Source of the DNA: Phoronis australis
Lineage: Eukaryota; Animalia; Phoronida
DNA: 35,042 nt
Assembly: GCA_002633005.1 (NCBI GenBank)
Contig: NMRA01001251.1
Coordinates: 1-35,042 of the forward strand
Reading direction: 5' to 3'
Shown: piece by piece, positions 24,731 through 35,042 of the stretch
Numbering within the stretch: position 1 is the first letter of the stretch
How the letters are laid out: every line of letters starts with the position of its first letter
Position numbers and translations under genes: made by a program
The notes under the pieces: model-generated
What the model saw: only the letters and a program-made list of their open reading frames with translations
Database searches by the model: none
Told to the model about the DNA's origin: nothing

Positions 24731-26641
24731 TTAAACTTAATTTCACTCAAAAGTACCAAACAAACCTCTTAAAATTTCGTCACTAACAGACGATCGGATC
24801 ACAATAGTTTGTTTGAACTCTTTTGAAATGCTTGTTGACCAATACATCATTGTAATAGGCTAGCCTATGGTTTGACTCTTCAATAATTCCATAATAACTT
24901 GTCGAATAGTGCTGATGACATCATGCCAAGACAATGGAGCGTTTCTAGATTTAGTAATTAAAACTTTCATGAAATTGGAGCCCTTGTAGGTATGGGTACA
25001 TTGATTATCTATAGAATATTCCTTGAACAAATCCGATACGGTATACGCTGACCTAGGTCTTCTTTCTGGCGATATTTTGTAGACCATGGTCACCCGATTT
25101 GTGTACTCTGTGTATATTTTATAAGCCGAACATTTTGAGTATTATTTTTCCAGAGAGACTGTGGATGCTCTTCCCTGTAGTTGTTTTCTGTGGTATTTTG
25201 TAGACATTTTATTTTTATTTCACAGATATATATACTAGACATGCAAACTTCTATTTGAAGTTCTTCCTGTAGTACATAGTTTGATAAACAGTAGTTAGTA
25301 ACTGCATAGCAGCCCTAATATAAATCTTATTTTTTATGGTGTGTGACACTGTGCCTTTAGGATATTGGTACCTGGTCATTTCGGACAGGTCTGACACCTT
25401 CGCCTGTGAAAATTTACTTGTCCGCTTTTGTTTATGCCGTATTAAGAAGGGATTTTAATCAAGTTATTATTACTTCGTGTACGTCCTGTCTTCACAGTGA
25501 TTTGGAAAGTGATGCTCTGACTCTTATTATTTATAAACCTCACTTTTGTTCAAGAAGTGTGTTATGTTTGTAAAATTGTTTCACTTTCAATGAAATATTT
25601 TAAAACAACCCCCTTTCTTTTTTGTGATTGGTAATCGAATGTAACATCACCTCAATTTTTAAGCGGAAATTTTAAATCCAAATTTGCCTGCCTATTAACA
25701 GTTTCGCTATTCATGCTGTACTTAATTCGATATTAACCTTTACCTGCAGGTTAAAAGTTGATGTCTTACTTTGTGGAACTGTGATGAAAATTTAAAAATT
25801 TTGCCAACATGGTATCTCAATAACAGCTTATCGGAGTCAAATGTAGCAGACACTATGCTATCCATGTTGTTCTCTAGACTAAATGGGCTTTTCTTGAATA
25901 AGGTACCATCAAAAATTGAGGCTTTAATTAATGATTTTCATGAAAATATCGGTTTTCATCTTAAAAGCTGCATAAAATAAAAAGGATATTTTGAGATCTA
26001 TTCATGGATATTTGTATGGTACAAAATTTGTCCATGCTGATAATGCTAAATATCTTTCCAGCAACTTTGTTTCATTGCTAAATTTCAGTAAAAAACATAG
26101 TGCATTTGAAGACAGATTTGTGTTCAGTAGAAAATTAAATTATACTGTCTTTCTATTTCAGAAAACACGTAACTTTTCTGAGTACAATTGTGAAATTTTG
26201 CAGAAATTTTGACTAAAAGCACACATGGTTCCTGGTGAGATTATTTACCAGAAATTATCACAATGCTCTAGTATGCAAACTTATTGTTCCACCATCATAG
26301 CAACAGTTGTGAATGACCTCTTGACCCGAGCAAGTAGTTCCCTGAAAGTCAGTTATCTTCTGCTGCGCTGGACAATAGGTCACACACGGTGCATTAGGTT
26401 CCAATTAACAGAGGGGCAATAAACTTTTGGCAATAAAGTGTGCGCAAAACTGGCTGAATTTCACCAAGGTTTGTTGCGATATGAAATGCCACTGTGACCT
26501 CGATGGTTTAGACGCTTGTGACACAAAAATACTGTGCAAATAGAAATTGATGAGGACGGCTGAAACCGAGTACCTTCACCGATGGGTGTTCGTGTAGCCT
26601 ACTAAGCCGACTGGTAACGAACCGTGCAACTTCAACCTCCT

Positions 26642-26884
26642 GTTCAGTAACGCTAGGACCTCGCTAAAAAGAAAACTTCGCGAGATTACGTGAGATATTG
26701 CTGTGTATTTTAAATGAGATCACGTGACTTTGGCTAGATTTAAGCTAGGTTCTTGCGTAGGTCCTAGCGTTACTGCGTGGCGTGCGTTCAGAAACCACTA
26801 TGACCTACGCTAGGACCTACACGGCAGGGTCTCACGTCATCTCACGAAGTCTTGCTTTTTAGCGAGGACCCAGCGTTACTGAAC
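26642..26884. mobile_element. Palindromic MITE-like element (~55-bp imperfect TIRs)
   Basis: Left end gttcagtaacgctaggacctcgctaaaaa...cgtgaga matches the reverse complement of the right end gttcagtaacgctgggtcctcgctaaaaa...cgtgaga. The cgctaggacct motif recurs internally in both orientations. TSD not clear. Confidence 0.7.
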
Positions 26885-29800
26885 CTAAAGTGAACGGGAG
26901 GCTGGTCGTCGACTTCAGAACTTCACAACTTAGACTTAGAGGCAATGCCTGGCATGTGGAATGTGGTTGCCAAACTTTCTGGGACATTGGTCGTGCTTGC
27001 AAACGGTATTTTTGAAGATTTTAAAAGTACATACCATAATTATTACCCATTCAAAATGCAACAGTTACTTTTTACTCAAAACTTGAAGTCAACAGCTCAA
27101 CTTCCAGATCTCCTGTCCAAACTGACCGACTTCCGATTCCTCCTCCGATAGATGTCGCTGTGTACGATGGATGGTGAGATGCGACATCTATTGTACAGAT
27201 GTACTGGTCCGCGGCGTTCCCAACTGAAGGCATGATTATTCTGCTGTTCACGACTCCAACGGAGATCTCTGCTTTGGTGCGTGTTTGTTTAAATCGAGTC
27301 AGTGGGATGGAATTTTTAAGTTCACCATTTTTCAAAAAAGGAATCCGCTAACTGAGCCGACAGCGCCGACGTCGCGGCCGGATTTACTGAAGGGCGTTTT
27401 GACTTGGGTACGTGCTCCGGTCTCGTCCTTACACTACAAGACCGAGGGCGAGGCTGAAATTGTTGGAAGCGGTAGTTTTTTCCTTGTTTAGCTTTTTTCC
27501 GAAGGCCGCCGGGAACTGACCAACCACATGCTTTACGTACAGATACTTTTAATCAGGGACAGGTCAAATAAGAATTTTTTCGATCTCCAGGCCCGGGCTA
27601 CTGGGTGCCAAATTCATTTCACGTGATGGTTTTAGTCCGTGCGAAAAGTACATTAATTTTTTTAAAACTCGTAATTTGGTCTTGAAAACTGTACCGTTTG
27701 TCGTGTGCTAGTAATGTGTTTCGTGTTTAAACCATAGGCAATAATAAACTACTTTACTTTTGAGGCCAGAATATTTTCAATTTTTAATTCATAGTTGGTG
27801 GTTAACTTCAGTGAAATATTGCTCCCGCCCACATCGCTACCTTAACACATGTGGAATTAAGTTTAAATTGTAATTCTGTCAATCTGAGTAAGTAGTGTTG
27901 TGTTGTATGTCAATTTTTGCTTTGCCAGGTGGTGTATGGTGGCACAATTTTTGTTTTGGCAGGTGTGCCTGGAATAGTCATCCTCTGAACTAGACAGAAC
28001 TTTTTCTCAGTGTTGTCAGTATAGCTACGCTGTCTAGGATCACACTTCTCTATAAATTCTCTGTTGTTTTGGTAACTATGCCTCGACACCATATTATCCA
28101 ACTCGACACAGTTTTGTGTTGTTTTGGCTGCTATGTCTAAAATCCTCCTCGACTCGAAAAATTTTTTTAAATTAGGCTCATGCATGCACTGTCGTAGAAG
28201 TTTACACAATTCACACATAGAATTGAGCCAGTACATTATGCAACGCGATACAAACTTGATAACTATACGAGGCCTTGTTTATACAATAAATAATTTGAAA
28301 TTAGTGTTCACTTATAAACCATAGCTGGAGCCTAAATTCAGACTAAAATTAGCGGCGCATCAACATCAAAGTATGGGTTCAAAATCCAAGTCAAAGCAAA
28401 ATAATGGGTTACCGAAAAGTACAACTAATGCACCTATACAAAAATCGATTCCTATTGGTCAATTTTGCGGGACTCGCATTCCAGAACATATGAAGAAGCA
28501 TGAATTCGGATATGTGTGAACTCCGGTCAAAATATGGCATTCTTTATTCATGACGTTTGTTGCAGCATTTCACTAAGTTGATGCTGCCGAAATGTCCTGC
28601 AAGGCGAATGTGTCATTCATCTAGCGTCTAGTAATTTGTTGTTATTGAGATGTATTTATTTTCCTTTATTTTATTTGTTGCTTACTCTAAATAGCTTCTT
28701 CCTTAAAGTTGACCGCGTCAACTGTTCACAGAAGCACGTTCGGATCAGTACTAAATGTGTACATGTACATGTAGTCCGTCATTGCAAACTTAAAAGTATA
28801 CATAACCCATTTGGCCTATTGACAGATACTAAGTACGGCTTCAACTTCTTTAAAATGAAGCAAAACTGTGTTACTGTTGTCAACGCTCAAAGTTTGGAGC
28901 AATTAAAGTACTGCTTAACTGGCATGTGTGACAAACGCTTTAGCCCTTTTAAAAGACGACTGTCTGGGAAGAACTTCTAGGGTTTAGTGCCTTTTGGATT
29001 ATCCGCTCGTATAACATCATTTTACGTTATATCTCGTCAAGCCCTAAAATGGATCGGGTAATGTCAAAACTCAAAGTTGAAAGACTAGATTTTGAATTCT
29101 TACCAAAATCCAAAGTTAGACTTCAAAACCAGTTCCTTGGACTCTAACTGGCTGAAACGTGGAGTTTGAACTCTAACCGCAAAAGGATATCGAGAATTCA
29201 AGTTCAATGACTGACTTTTGGGATTAGGCAATTTTTGCGAGCCGTACATGTATACTGTACGTTCGTCAAGATTATGCCGATGAAATAATGCATTGGTCTC
29301 CGCGAATGCCCGCGAGACTATACACATGCCTGTACTGGAAAACGACTTGAAACGTGCAGATGGTTAAAAGCATGGTACATAAAACCACTTCAAGTTGGTA
29401 ATCTTGTGTTCTCAAATTTCTAAAACGATTTATAATAACCTCAAACTTTATAATGTTATCAAAATGCGCATGTAAAAATGCTTCTGTTGTTAGAATGGCC
29501 GCCTGGCATACTCCCAAAGCGGAATTCCAGACATAACACCTTTGCAAAATGTCCGTCTGTAAAATTCGTAAAATAACACAAGGAAAATGAAGAAAACAAA
29601 TCCTTTTAACGCGTTGATTTCAAAATAGCAAGGTGTCCATCTTTTTGGAATTTCCCTCACGGTAACTCCAGCCGATGACGTCATCATTCTGTTGTTTGGT
29701 CTGTCGACAGTCATGGAACACGAGGACATGAATCTCCGCGGAAAGTCTGGCAACTTTAGCGATTCATCGATGTATTTGTGCACAGCATTGTAGTCATAGC

Positions 29801-30155
29801 CAGACGTAATGTTCCTGAAAAAAAAATCAAATGTGCCGTATCGTTCCAGTGGACGTGATCAAATAGGAGATAAATAATCCTTACATAAATACAAACTATG
29901 CGTGTACAAAAAAGTTGTGCCTTTGACGTAAATGAACGGAAAACTATGGAACCAATGAGCCGATGATTAGTTGTGAAAAGGCACACACGTCCCGTAATAG
30001 ACCGGGATCCCAGAGCTTTTTTGGGCATGAAAAGGTAACCAATTTTCTTTGGTGCCACAGTGCTCTATGGGTATCCTGATGCTTGGAAATGGCCGTCTGG
30101 CAGGTTCAATCTGGTGGGTGTGGTCAGGGGAGCCAAGAGAATTACACTCAAAAGT

Positions 30156-30945
30156 TGAGCTAGATCAACTTTTCTGGTAACCACTTAAAACTGCCTTCAA
30201 TACCTGCTACGTCATCCGTTGTATCAAACTTGGTCATCGCCAGACAATTTCAGTGGTGGGGAGTACCCGCCAGACGAACATATACAGGGTGCAAAAATTG
30301 AGCTAGATCAATCCAAGAGGTAACCGCTTGAAACCAGTCTCAAAATATTCATCGTAAGCCCAGGTATCACGAATGAACACTGCCAGACAAATCTAGTGGT
30401 GGGTTACCCCCGGCAGACACGACCAAATACCTGAACTGAGCTAGATCAACCCATCAGGTAACCGTTTGAAACCAATTGCACGATGTTCAGCATCACTGAA
30501 CATGGCACAACAGTTAGATGCCAGACAATTTCAGTGGTGGGGTGGCCCTGCCAGACGATTATCAAAAAGGGTTAAAAATTGAGCTAGATCAACCCAACAG
30601 GTAACCGCCTAAAACCAGTTCCAAAATATTCACCGTAAGTCCAGGTATCACGAATAAACACTGCCAGACAAATCTAGTGGTGGGTTAGCCCCGCCAGACA
30701 CGACCAAATACGTGAATTGAGCTAGATCAACCCAAGAGGTAACTACATGAAACCAGTTGCAAAATATTCGCCGGAAGCCAAGGTATTAAGAATAAATACT
30801 ACCAGACAAATATAGTGGTGGATTATCCTCGCCAGACACGCCCAAGTACCTGAGTTGAGCTAGATCAACCCACCAGGAAACCGCTCGAAACCAATCGCCC
30901 GATTTTCAGCATCATTGCACGTGGCAAAACAGTTAGATGCCTCCA
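30156..30945 (+). repeat. Tandem array of 138/143-bp units with A/B higher-order structure (left arm)
   Basis: TGAGCTAGATCAA anchors at 30156, 30299, 30437, 30580, 30718 and 30856 (spacings 143, 138, 143, 138, 138). Each full unit has CCAGAC-AGTGGTGG-GCCAGAC-like motifs. Confidence 0.95.
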
Positions 30946-31429
30946 TCAGACAAATAAAGAATCGAAACAAAATTGATTATAAGCGCATTCACGCTGAATA
31001 AGCATCACAATCAGGAACCAGGCACTTCAATTTTCAATAGAGCCACTACATGTAAGTCTGTACGACATAGGTCACCGCACAAGGTGAGAGATTTTTGTCA
31101 GCAAGTTTATGTCAGGGCATGAAAACCAGAAAAATCGCGCCTGAGGTTGGAGCGACTTCACAAGTCCATGCGAAAACAGCGGATTACTCCACATAATTCA
31201 CTATTAAAAACAAAACCTAAAAACCCGTCCAAGACGGATATCACATTGAGTTTGCACTAATTTCCATTGTTCGCTGTCGTATTTTAAAAGTCGAAACTGC
31301 GTCCTTTTGTTTTCGGACGAGTCATTTGATGCAACTGCTAAAAGGAATAATAACCAAAATTCCATCTTTTGCTGTCGCCTGCGTTATGTTTGCGCGCCAT
31401 CTACCTTCATTTCACACAGTGATTAGTGG

Positions 31430-31735
31430 CAAATTTGGCAAAACTGGTCAGTTTTGGGCAATCTTTGTCTTTCTCATAAACCGAGCCCACAGAGAACTAC
31501 AGAGATGCGTCAAGAACAATGACTTCAGTGGCTATATCAACATTTTCCCGACTACGCTAGCTGTATTCTTTGCCCTGAACCGCCCAAACTACGCCAGATG
31601 GGGAACATTGTTTTACAAAAAGTTGAAATTAGCAAACCCAATATTACGTGAAGCGCTAGAAAACGGTGCGTTCTCAGTGCTACGTACGAGGAAGAACTTC
31701 AATAGATCGGCTGTTAACCTCTCTTTGAAACAGTT
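31430..31735 (+). pseudogene. Academ (AcademX-type) transposase fragment
   Basis: Part of ORF 31326-31823: KFGKTGQFW...FFALNRPNYARWGTLF...GAFSVLRTRKNFNRSAVNLSLKQ. This matches the FFA...NYARW...G.FSV.RT...F....D..LEQ pattern I recall for this family. The expected D and E are N and K here, and only ~100 aa survive. Confidence 0.72.
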
Positions 31736-32205
31736 TGTATTTTTTATGTTTGATATAGTGTTCTCCAAAAAGGCTGAAAACACCTCTGCGGCACATGATA
31801 TTGGGTACGTATGGTCGTGTTAGATTTCGTGGAAACTATCAAAGCTGTAACGTAGATAAAAAATTCTGTTCATGTTGCGAATATGTTATTCACAACTAAT
31901 TCGTGGGTATAACGAGTCCTATTACTTTTTCATTTTATTTAGATTGGCAATCATTTCACAGATATGCAGGCAATGGAACTGTTCGCTTTTTGTTTTCATA
32001 GTGAATATAAAACACGTTCGAATTCATTATTCATAGATGTACATAGTGCTCAGCCACCGTGGCGACGGACCCGGGCATCCACATTGGGGAAGGGGGTATC
32101 CAACCACTATGTATAATATTTTTGGAAATAGTGACTGAATTGCAGTTGAATTAAATAAAGAATCTAGTTTATGCTTCACCTTTTTTACTTTTATTAATAA
32201 TAGTA

Positions 32206-34758
32206 CAGGCTCATAGCCAGTAGCCGGGGGGAGGGTTCCGGGGGGGTTCGATCGAACCCCCGACCCCGCTGAAAAGATCCAACCCCCAGCATATTCGTTA
32301 AAGATAGGGTTTAATTGGACAATAACAACAAAATTGTTGCAGCTACTGGTGCTAACTGCAATGATAACTAAGTTAGCAATAATTTTGAATTCGCTTCTGA
32401 TTCAAACCGCGTCACGTGGCGTCGGACCGAACTCGGCAAACTTCGCCCAAGTGCAGCTGTTTGTGTAGATGACAGGATAACATTGTGCATACGATAAGAG
32501 GAGGCTTTATGTTATTCATAAACCACGCGCGTGGTGGCTAAAACAAAGGGTAACAAGTGAGTCCAGAAGTTAATGTCTATACCTAAGCATAGAAGTCTAG
32601 CCCAAAGACCTAAGTAAGCTTCATGTTAATGTAAATAACAACGAGAGAACTCCCAAAAAGTAGTGCGGAGTGAATGCTTTAAACTCGGCCAAGAAACAAA
32701 ACAGCAGAAAAATTGAGATTTGTTTTTCTGCTGTTTTTGGTTTAATTGCAACCATAGTACGGTAGAAGTGTAGGCATTTTCAAATTTTGAATTGAAAGTG
32801 ATCGCCAAATATGCAAATATGTTGTTCAACCAGTGTCCACTTTGATTGTTGATTGATGGATTGACATGCATGCGTGTACACCTTTGAACGTTTCTGTTCT
32901 TTTAAATTCAGTACATGCTGACAGTAAGTTCATTATAGGCAGTCCACCGTCGTGCTAAAAGCCAGACCTTCAACTACTGTGTTTTCTTGCACTGAGAATA
33001 CACGGTTGAGCATTTTCACGTTATGATGGAAAGGTAGGCAGAGACCTCAACTTTGGTCAATGAAAATCTTCTCTAGTCAATCAATGTCAATGGTGCACAA
33101 CCCTGCAGACTTCATACGAGCCACAAACTAGATGGAAAAGATTTCCATGGTTCCATGTCACTATGACGAAGGTTCAACACTTCGAAGCTCCAGTACTCAA
33201 AATGCCCATTACTCCGAAGGTTTGTTATCTTCTAAAGATCACTACTTTGAATTTCCACTATTCCAAGCCCTGGGCCCGGTCCCAATCTTTGTACTCAAAA
33301 CGAACTGGAAATTATTTTTGGCAATTTCTCTGCTCCTTTTGTGCGAACTCAAGAGAAGTGGTTATCAGATTGTACTCGAATAATTACAGTTCATGCATAT
33401 GAGTTTCTAGTCCAAGTTAGCACTTAAAAACCCTTATGTGCGTGCTACAAACTCGAGTAAAAACTCGAAATTTCGAATTTAAACTCAAACTTTTAGCTTT
33501 AATGTTGGATTTGTCAACTGCAAACTAGGACTAATCAATCATCCACGTAAGTCATTATGTATTCGAGTATTGAGTAATGGACACTTATCTTGAGTTCGCA
33601 AAGAGTAGATTAAAAAATGCCAAACATTGTTTCGAGTTCCATTTCGAGTAAAAAGATTCGAGACAGTTCCCAGAATTCCGACAGTTCACTTCTTTGGTTG
33701 TGTGATCACGACTCATTCTCTAGCAGAGACAACATCTGGGCCACGGCTGCGGCGACCAAGGGCGGTTTCAAATTTAAGAAGACTAAATGGGACTCCCTGA
33801 CTTCGTGAGGACTGGCAGGGACAGGGTGGCCTAGTAACTTCATTTAATTTCGACCAGGCTGTGTGCGTCGCCCTGCGATTCGATCTTGACATGGATTTGA
33901 TGAATTGTGTCATGGCTGATAATTCATCAGTATTCTTACTTCATATCATTTTAAAATGCAAGTGCGTACTCATTTTAAGACATGCGGGCAATTTCGCATG
34001 TGCATGAAATCTGACTACCGTTTCTGGTTGTGCTGGCCAGCTGGAGACGGTGGTCACTGTCTACATAAAACCCAAAGTGTTTTAGTGCCCGGGCGTTGTT
34101 TTCGGTATAGGTGCATCTAATAGCCGAAACATCGTTTATTTTATAATTTAAAAGTTTAAAAATTACATCTGAGTCTGAAAGTTTAGATATTTTGGAGCGG
34201 TTAATCTTCGGAGTGGTGAATCGTTGAAGTATTGAACCTTCGGAATAGTCAGTGAACCTTCCGAGTAGTAAACTTTCGAAATAGTGGGATGTCCCTATTT
34301 CCAGCGGTGTAAGCAACTTTTAAGTTGTATTTTAGCGTGTTACTTAAAAGTAACACGCTAAAAAACAACCAGATATACAATTTTGTTAAGTCATTCGCCA
34401 ACTAGACTTCACATTTCCGCCTAAGTATGCAATGAGGTGTAATCACTCATTTAAGCATGGCCGATTTGAAACTTCGGCAGGAAATAACGCGCGAATGTTC
34501 TCTTTTTGGACCACATTACATCCTAATTGTGTCCCGTTCTTTGCGAGCAACCGTCAAAGCATCCTCGTATCTGGTATTACAGATTCCGTCTCATCTCATG
34601 AACATGAGTCGTCATCATGTATACAGATTTCCCTTCCCCCTAATTAAGCTGCGTCAAAGGCATCACCGAAAACTCCACAGTGTCGACGTTTGCAAAATAC
34701 CAAGATCCATCGTTCTTGAAATTCGGACCACCCCCGCTCAATGCTGGCTACGGGCCTG
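32206..34758. mobile_element. hAT-like non-autonomous element nested in the Academ-like element
   Basis: 15-bp TIRs CAGGCTCATAGCCAG / CAGGCCCGTAGCCAG (2 mismatches). Subterminal ggggggttcgatcgaaccccc palindrome. Flanks aatagta / aatagga resemble a decayed TSD. Confidence 0.6.
33273..33670. mobile_element. MITE with ~40-bp imperfect TIRs, CWG-flanked (Harbinger-like), nested in the hAT-like element
   Basis: Left ctg|ggcccggtcccaatctttgtactcaaaacgaactggaaa versus right reverse complement ctg|ggaactgtctcgaatctttttactcgaaatggaactcgaaa. Internal aactcga / tcgagtt motifs. The flanks read CTG and CAG, so the TSD is imperfect. Confidence 0.6.
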
Positions 34759-34889
34759 AATAGGATATACATGTATGCATTTGAGTAGATAGATAGGGGC
34801 GTCTAAAAAGTCGCCCCTACATCGACCAAACCTCTTCACGCTCCTGCCCCACAGCTAAAAATGTCTGTAAAGTATCTTTTTTGCATGCA

Positions 34890-35042
34890 GAATGTTGCTC
34901 GACATTATGTAAATGGTTTCAAGCTGATACCTGGCGGGTTGATCTAGCTCAACTCAGGTACTTGGGCGTGTCTGGCGAGGATAATCCACCACTATATTTG
35001 TCTGGTAGTATTTATTCTTAATACCTGGGCTTACGGCGAATA
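34890..35042 (-). repeat. Inverted copy of the 138/143-bp array (right arm, truncated by window edge)
   Basis: Reverse complement of unit 5 and the start of unit 6 of the left array. Confidence 0.93.

Larger units (their letters stand above)
30056..35042 (+). mobile_element. Large Academ-like DNA transposon with long inverted arms built of tandem repeats (right end beyond window)
   Basis: The left array 30156-30945 is mirrored at the window end: 34936-35042 is the reverse complement of 30765-30871 with 2 mismatches in 107 bp. A transposase fragment lies at ~31430-31735. The left terminus at CACAGTG (30056) is tentative. Confidence 0.7.

Noticed and set aside
24860-28324. Short ORFs at 24860, 25771-26422, 27072, 27910 and 28124
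   Set aside because: No recognisable domain and no consistent splice chain; probably non-coding or decayed sequence.
30056-30100. ProtoRAG or RSS signal
   Set aside because: Heptamer only. No ACAAAAACC-like nonamer at 12/23 spacing and no RAG1/RAG2-like coding sequence seen.
30156-30945. CRISPR-like look of conserved blocks with variable spacers
   Set aside because: The spacers are homologous to each other, the period is ~140 bp, the context is eukaryotic and there are no cas genes.

Overview
Eukaryotic (metazoan) genomic DNA, AT-rich with spliceosomal GT-AG introns. It is strongly enriched in TACATGTA, which suggests a marine invertebrate (inference). Two convergent host genes can be reconstructed by hand. 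The first is a 5-exon + strand gene (5895-15845, 354 aa) encoding a signal peptide, a PAN/Apple-like module, a thrombospondin type-1 repeat and a ~190-aa Trp/Gly/Cys-rich C-terminal domain I cannot name. The second is a - strand mTERF-family gene (23257-17091, ~477 aa in a 4-exon model). The rest is rich in DNA transposons. There are two TTAA-flanked Kolobok-like elements: 7021-8709 carries convergent remnants of a THAP gene and a 'YQFEPEY' gene, and 23357-24730 has 158-bp TIRs and spans an N gap. There are also several MITEs. A large Academ-like element runs from ~30056 off the end of the window; its inverted arms are higher-order tandem arrays of 138/143-bp units, it holds a decayed transposase fragment, and a hAT-like element and a MITE are nested inside it. 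No tRNA, rRNA or CRISPR array was seen. All family assignments come from motif recognition, not database searches.
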